A model generated the notes under the pieces. It saw nothing but the letters and a program-made list of their open reading frames with translations. It ran no database searches and was not told the DNA's origin. A stretch of 64,000 nucleotides of DNA from assembly GCA_047150005.1 (NCBI GenBank), contig AP038806.1:1856001-1920000 (forward strand), read 5' to 3'. Source of the DNA: Nitrospira sp. GTDB taxonomy: Bacteria; Nitrospirota; Nitrospiria; Nitrospirales; Nitrospiraceae. The position numbers and the translations under genes are program-made. Positions 59,784-64,000 of this stretch are shown here, piece after piece. How positions within the stretch are numbered: the first letter of the stretch is position 1; every line of letters begins with the position of its first letter.

Positions 59784-60785
59784 ATGATCACGGAGTTTGT
59801 CATCACGTCCGGGGAGCAGCCGAAGCGGCTGGATGTGTTTCTCGTGAACCGCGAGCGGGACATTTCGCGGTCCGCCCTGCAACGATTGATCGAACTAGGC
59901 CGCATCCGCATCAACGATCAAGTCGTCAAGCCGAGTCAGAGGATCAAGCCCGGCGACAAGATTACGATGGATGTGCCGAAGCCGGAGCCTCTGGAAATCA
60001 AAGGCGAGGCCATCCCTCTGGACATCCTGTTCGAAGATGAGCATCTGCTGGTCCTGAACAAGCCCCCCGGCATTGTCGCGCACCCGGCTCCCGGCAATTG
60101 GTCCGGGACCCTCGTCAACGCCCTCCTCCACCACTTTCAGACGTCGGGCGGCACCATCTCATCAATCGGCGGCAAGGAACGGCCCGGGCTCGTCCATCGC
60201 CTAGATAAGGAGACGTCCGGCGTCATGGTCGTGGCCAAGAATGATCAGGCCCATAGACACCTCGCCATGCAATTCAAACAGCATACGATCGCACGAATCT
60301 ACGAAGCCCTTGTGTGGGGCGTCCCGAAAGCCGGCCGAGGGGTGATTGATCTGTCCATCGGACGCGATTCCAAGGAACGGAAGAAGTTCTCCGCTCGCAC
60401 TGCTCGGCCGCGTACGTCCGTGACGGAGTATGTCGTCCATCGCCGGTTTACGAAACTCGCGGCCCACGTCCTTCTCTATCCGCGTACCGGCCGCACCCAC
60501 CAGCTACGGGTGCATTTATCTTCCTTGGGCCATCCGATTCTCGGCGACCCTACCTACGGAGGACGCAGGGTCTGCCACATCGAGGGGCTGGACATTCCCC
60601 GGGTCATGCTGCATGCCAGGACCTTGGGCTTCACGCACCCCTCGACGGGGGAGTTCCGAGAGTATACGGTACCGTTACCCATAGATATGGAGAACGTCAG
60701 GCGGTACCTGGATCAGACGATTCTCGACCAGAGCCGAGAAACGAGATCTTCTCCATTGTCCTATACGAAGAAGGTGGTCTCATGA
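59784..60785 (+). CDS. RluA/RluD family pseudouridine synthase with S4 domain
   Basis: RLDVFL, NKPPG, HRLDKETSG, TGRTHQLRVH, GDPTYG. Confidence 0.93.
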   Translation: MITEFVITSGEQPKRLDVFLVNRERDISRSALQRLIELGRIRINDQVVKPSQRIKPGDKITMDVPKPEPLEIKGEAIPLDILFEDEHLLVLNKPPGIVAHPAPGNWSGTLVNALLHHFQTSGGTISSIGGKERPGLVHRLDKETSGVMVVAKNDQAHRHLAMQFKQHTIARIYEALVWGVPKAGRGVIDLSIGRDSKERKKFSARTARPRTSVTEYVVHRRFTKLAAHVLLYPRTGRTHQLRVHLSSLGHPILGDPTYGGRRVCHIEGLDIPRVMLHARTLGFTHPSTGEFREYTVPLPIDMENVRRYLDQTILDQSRETRSSPLSYTKKVVS

Positions 60786-61204
60786 CCGTTACAGATGTGC
60801 TTGAAACCGTCGGGGGGCTGACGTCGCAACTGAAGGCCTATGCGGCCAAACTGCCGTCGATTGTCTACCTGACCGTCGTGCCGACCGGCATCAAACCCAA
60901 ACCGGAAGCCATCGAGGAATATGAACAGCTCGTCTCCCGATTCCGCCACCAGAGCGCCGGCACTGCGTACAAAGGGTTAAACGAACCGCTGATCGAATCG
61001 CTGGAGGCCTTCGAAGTCGGCGAGTTGCTCGGATCGGTCCAACCCCTGTTGGCCGTGCTCGATCACCTGGAACGGATGCAGCGAGACAAAGAGGCTGAAG
61101 TCGGTCGCACCGACGAGAAACGGCTCCTCGATTACCGTGCGGCGCTCCACAGGATCCTGCCGGGAAACAAACCGGAATTGGATGGAGCCGGACGAGGACT
61201 CTAA
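60782..61204 (+). CDS. Hypothetical protein
   Basis: ATGA overlap with the upstream gene; AAGGTGG RBS. Confidence 0.7.
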   Translation: MTVTDVLETVGGLTSQLKAYAAKLPSIVYLTVVPTGIKPKPEAIEEYEQLVSRFRHQSAGTAYKGLNEPLIESLEAFEVGELLGSVQPLLAVLDHLERMQRDKEAEVGRTDEKRLLDYRAALHRILPGNKPELDGAGRGL

Positions 61205-61219
61205 AGACGATCCTTGAGA

Positions 61220-61399
61220 TCAGTGTCCCATCTTCGGCCCCGTCGCATTGGCCCCTTCTGAGATCAGTTTGAATCGAACCAGGGAACCGCAGTGCGGACA
61301 CTTCGCGCGGATCGTGTGTTCGTCGAGCAGCTCGTAATCGTGCTGCTTCAGCCACATCAACTGGAAACATTTGGGACAGCTGCGGACTTGCGTTGCCAT
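61220..61399 (-). CDS. Small zinc-ribbon protein (59 aa)
   Basis: Manual translation MATQVRSCPKCFQLMWLKQHDYELLDEHTIRAKCPHCGSLVRFKLISEGANATGPKMGH*; GAGG RBS. Confidence 0.75.
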   Translation of the reverse strand: MATQVRSCPKCFQLMWLKQHDYELLDEHTIRAKCPHCGSLVRFKLISEGANATGPKMGH

Positions 61400-61459
61400 G
61401 AGTTTCCTCGTAGACTAGCCCCGTTCCGACTCACTCGCGGGGAGATACTTTAGTACAAG

Positions 61460-61891
61460 ATGCCTTCTGCCCTCAAGACCGCCCTGGTTTTTTCCGACAA
61501 GAAGGATCTTCAGGCGGCGCAGCTTCTCGGTCTCTTCCACCAAGCACCCTGGGCCAAGGATCGTACCCTCGAGGATGCCAGGGAAATGTTGCGCCACACA
61601 GATCTCGTCCTCACTGCATGGGACGGTGAGCACCTGGTCGGCTTTGGGCGAGTCTTGACCGACTTCGTCTACCGAGCCACGATATGGGACGTGATCGTCG
61701 ACAAGGCCTACCAGAAGCAAGGGATCGGGACGGAGATCGTTCAGCGCATCCTTCAGCATCCGCGGCTGCGTCGGGTCGAGCTCTTTTGGCTGTGTACGAG
61801 GCGTCCGGCGTTCTATCAAAAGCTGGGATTCAGCGCCAAGGAACAGACTGGGATGGTCTGGAGCAGATCGAAACAAGCCAAACAGGAATGA
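61460..61891 (+). CDS. GNAT family N-acetyltransferase
   Basis: LVGFGRVLTD, DVIVDKAYQKQGIG, FYQKLGF. Confidence 0.9.
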   Translation: MPSALKTALVFSDKKDLQAAQLLGLFHQAPWAKDRTLEDAREMLRHTDLVLTAWDGEHLVGFGRVLTDFVYRATIWDVIVDKAYQKQGIGTEIVQRILQHPRLRRVELFWLCTRRPAFYQKLGFSAKEQTGMVWSRSKQAKQE

Positions 61892-61948
61892 CGCGATAGA
61901 CCCTCCCTCGAAGGTGCCCTTTCCGGATCCTGCCCTACGCTCTCCGAT

Positions 61949-62599
61949 TCAGAAGAACAGCTTCACGCCAAACAGAAATCCGAAGGACGAGTAGTTCCAA
62001 TCGTTGTCTCTCACGTTATTGATGGTCACGTGTCCGTCGTTCCGCTTGTAGGCCATCTCGGCATTGAGCGCGAACTGTTTGGTCAAGAGCCAGTCCGCGC
62101 CCCAACCGAGACGCCAGGCCAATGTGTTACTGGGAGAAATGGTCGTCCCTCGGATCGAACTACTTTCTCCGAAGCTGTTGACGTTTACGCCCAGACCCAT
62201 GTTGACATAGGGACTGATCGGACCCCAGCGGACCGGACGGAGTTCGACCGTCGGCATGACCGAGACAGTGTCTTGGTGCCCCAAGTCGACCCCGGGCCGT
62301 TCGAGATTCATCCCGTGCCGCTCCCATTCCAACATCAGGCCGATCAAAAACCATCTATTGAGGCTATACATCGCCTGGAAGTTGACGAGCGATCCGACAT
62401 CGGTCGAAGTGTTGGCGCTCACCTGTTGGGTGACCGGAGCAAAACCCGCCCGCATCCCCAACACGAAGGTCCCTGGGGCGATTCCTCCCTCTTCCGTCTT
62501 CCACTCTTCCGCTGATGCGGCACCGGTTCCGGTCCAGAAGACCAGCAGACCGACACACAGCGCGCTTGCAAGGTGCCGACGCAAACTCGTCTCGCTCAT
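61949..62599 (-). CDS. Outer membrane beta-barrel protein
   Basis: Signal peptide, alternating beta strands, PYVNMGLG, C-terminal Phe; AAGGAGG RBS. Confidence 0.82.
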   Translation of the reverse strand: MSETSLRRHLASALCVGLLVFWTGTGAASAEEWKTEEGGIAPGTFVLGMRAGFAPVTQQVSANTSTDVGSLVNFQAMYSLNRWFLIGLMLEWERHGMNLERPGVDLGHQDTVSVMPTVELRPVRWGPISPYVNMGLGVNVNSFGESSSIRGTTISPSNTLAWRLGWGADWLLTKQFALNAEMAYKRNDGHVTINNVRDNDWNYSSFGFLFGVKLFF

Positions 62600-62774
62600 A
62601 TGTCCTCCTTGGATGCGTGCCACGTACACGATCGCCTAATCTAATGCCTTTCCCTCCTCATGGCAAACCGAGAATTCACCACGAACAGACCCTTCGAGGT
62701 CCTCGCGCACGTCGGCTGGCTGCGAGAAGCTCCTTGACGGCGTCCCGGTCTCGTCAGTTTCGAGGCGAGATTCG

Positions 62775-63590
62775 TCACGCGGTGGAGTGACGCCTTTTGG
62801 GAGAGCACAGAATGGACAGGAAGAAGAGGCTTGTGGATAAGAGAACAATGGCGGGACCGGAGGGGATATCCCACAGCGCCGAGATGAGCACCCCGCACAC
62901 CGCCGTGGTCATGCCGATGAATAATGAGTACCACGTCAGGGTGGACAGGCTGTGCGTCAGCTGATACGCCGTCGACGCGGGAATCAGGATCATAGCAAAC
63001 ACCAAAATCGCGCCGACTGTCTTGAGTGAGACGACGACGGTGAGGGCGATCAGGCTCAGCAACAGGAAAAAAATGCGACGAGCCGGCACGCCGGAAGCCT
63101 CGGCCATTTCTTGATCGAACGCGATGAAGTACAGCTCTTTGGAAAACAGCAGCATCACGCCAATGATGAAGATGCCGAGCCACATGATCGTGCGCAGTTC
63201 ATCCTTGGTGACCGACAGGACGTTTCCGAAGAGATAGCCGTACACCTCCGCATTGTACGTCTTCATCAGTCCGATGAAGAGAATCGCCAGCGCCATCGTG
63301 GCGGTATAGAGAATGCCGATCGACACGTCCAGTTTCATGCGGCCGTGTTCCTCGACCCAGCCGGTGATCCACACGGTCGTCAAGCCGAACAGCACGGCCA
63401 GCGCCAACGGCGACCATCCCGTCAAATAGCCGAGCGCGACGCCGGCAAACGCGGCGTGGGCGGTCCCGGCTCCGACGAACGCCAGCCCACGCAGGACGAC
63501 GAACACGCCGACGACGGAGCACAGGCCCCCGACCAAGGCCGCCGCCAGTACCGAACGCTGCATGAAATCGTAGGCAAAGAGTTCCAGCAT
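62775..63590 (-). CDS. Metal (Zn/Mn) ABC transporter permease
   Basis: GVFVVLRG, AHAAFAG, YLFGNVL, FDQEMA..SG, VGAILV. Confidence 0.92.
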   Translation of the reverse strand: MLELFAYDFMQRSVLAAALVGGLCSVVGVFVVLRGLAFVGAGTAHAAFAGVALGYLTGWSPLALAVLFGLTTVWITGWVEEHGRMKLDVSIGILYTATMALAILFIGLMKTYNAEVYGYLFGNVLSVTKDELRTIMWLGIFIIGVMLLFSKELYFIAFDQEMAEASGVPARRIFFLLLSLIALTVVVSLKTVGAILVFAMILIPASTAYQLTHSLSTLTWYSLFIGMTTAVCGVLISALWDIPSGPAIVLLSTSLFFLSILCSPKRRHSTA

Positions 63591-63599
63591 GGCCCGGTC

Positions 63600-64000
63600 T
63601 CAGTGGTGGTGGTAGTCCTCGACGAGGATGGTATCGTGTGCGGTGATGACCACATCCTTGCCATAGACCTGACGCAGGATGTCGGGCTTCAAGACTTCGG
63701 CGGGAGGGCCGGAGGCGAACAAGCGGGTTTTCAACAACACCAGTCGATCCACTCGAGAACGGATCATGTTGATATCGTGTGTAATCAAGAGCACGGTGAG
63801 TCCGAGCTCTTCATGGAGCTTCTGCACGAGATCGATGACGCTGTGCTGAGTGGGAATATCGAGTCCCGTTGTCGGTTCGTCCAGCAACAATACCTTCGGC
63901 TGCTGCGCGAGCGCTCGTGCAATGAAGACCCGCTGTTGTTGTCCGCCCGACAGCTGTCCCAACGCCGTGTCGCGATGCGCATCCATTCCGACATGCGCGA
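63600..64000 (-). CDS. Metal ABC transporter ATP-binding protein (5' end off window)
   Basis: [19 protein letters not shown], His-rich tail. Confidence 0.9.
   Translation of the reverse strand, partial: AHVGMDAHRDTALGQLSGGQQQRVFIARALAQQPKVLLLDEPTTGLDIPTQHSVIDLVQKLHEELGLTVLLITHDINMIRSRVDRLVLLKTRLFASGPPAEVLKPDILRQVYGKDVVITAHDTILVEDYHHH

Noticed and set aside
62832..62840. Perfect DnaA box (TGTGGATAA)
   Set aside because: Single copy inside a permease CDS, with no cluster or AT-rich unwinding element.

Overview
High-GC bacterial chromosomal window. The gene content and order suggest Nitrospira/Nitrospirota, but this is an inference and was not checked. Most of it is core genome: gcvT, a MoxR-DUF58-transglutaminase cluster, tesA-ybbA-ybbP, pgl-glk-rpiA-M1 peptidase, rpmH-rnpA-yidD-yidC-mnmE-mnmG-rsmG-parA-parB with two perfect parS sites, two bactofilins, mnmA, F1 genes atpHAGDC, rluD-like, and a metal ABC transporter. 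It also has tRNA-Gly(GCC) and an intact IS5-family element. The most unusual part is 53.4-56.5 kb. There, an integrase-less integron cassette array (attI-like site, three attC sites, a GIY-YIG/DUF4357 nuclease and two toxin-antitoxin pairs) sits inside an Anbu/transglutaminase/alpha-E/cp-ATP-grasp locus. The array is bracketed by a 227-bp duplication of the 3' end of the DUF2126 gene. Two attC crossover points run directly into DUF2126-like 'LVFDxVDT' sequence, and both toxin genes carry an in-frame TAG. Other notable items: a putative sigma54-driven L,D-transpeptidase/coiled-coil lipoprotein module with a probable pseudoenzyme, a sigma54 motif before the bactofilin pair, and a possible dual-start (Tat/cytoplasmic) aminopeptidase. 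All family assignments come from motif recognition by eye; no database searches were run.
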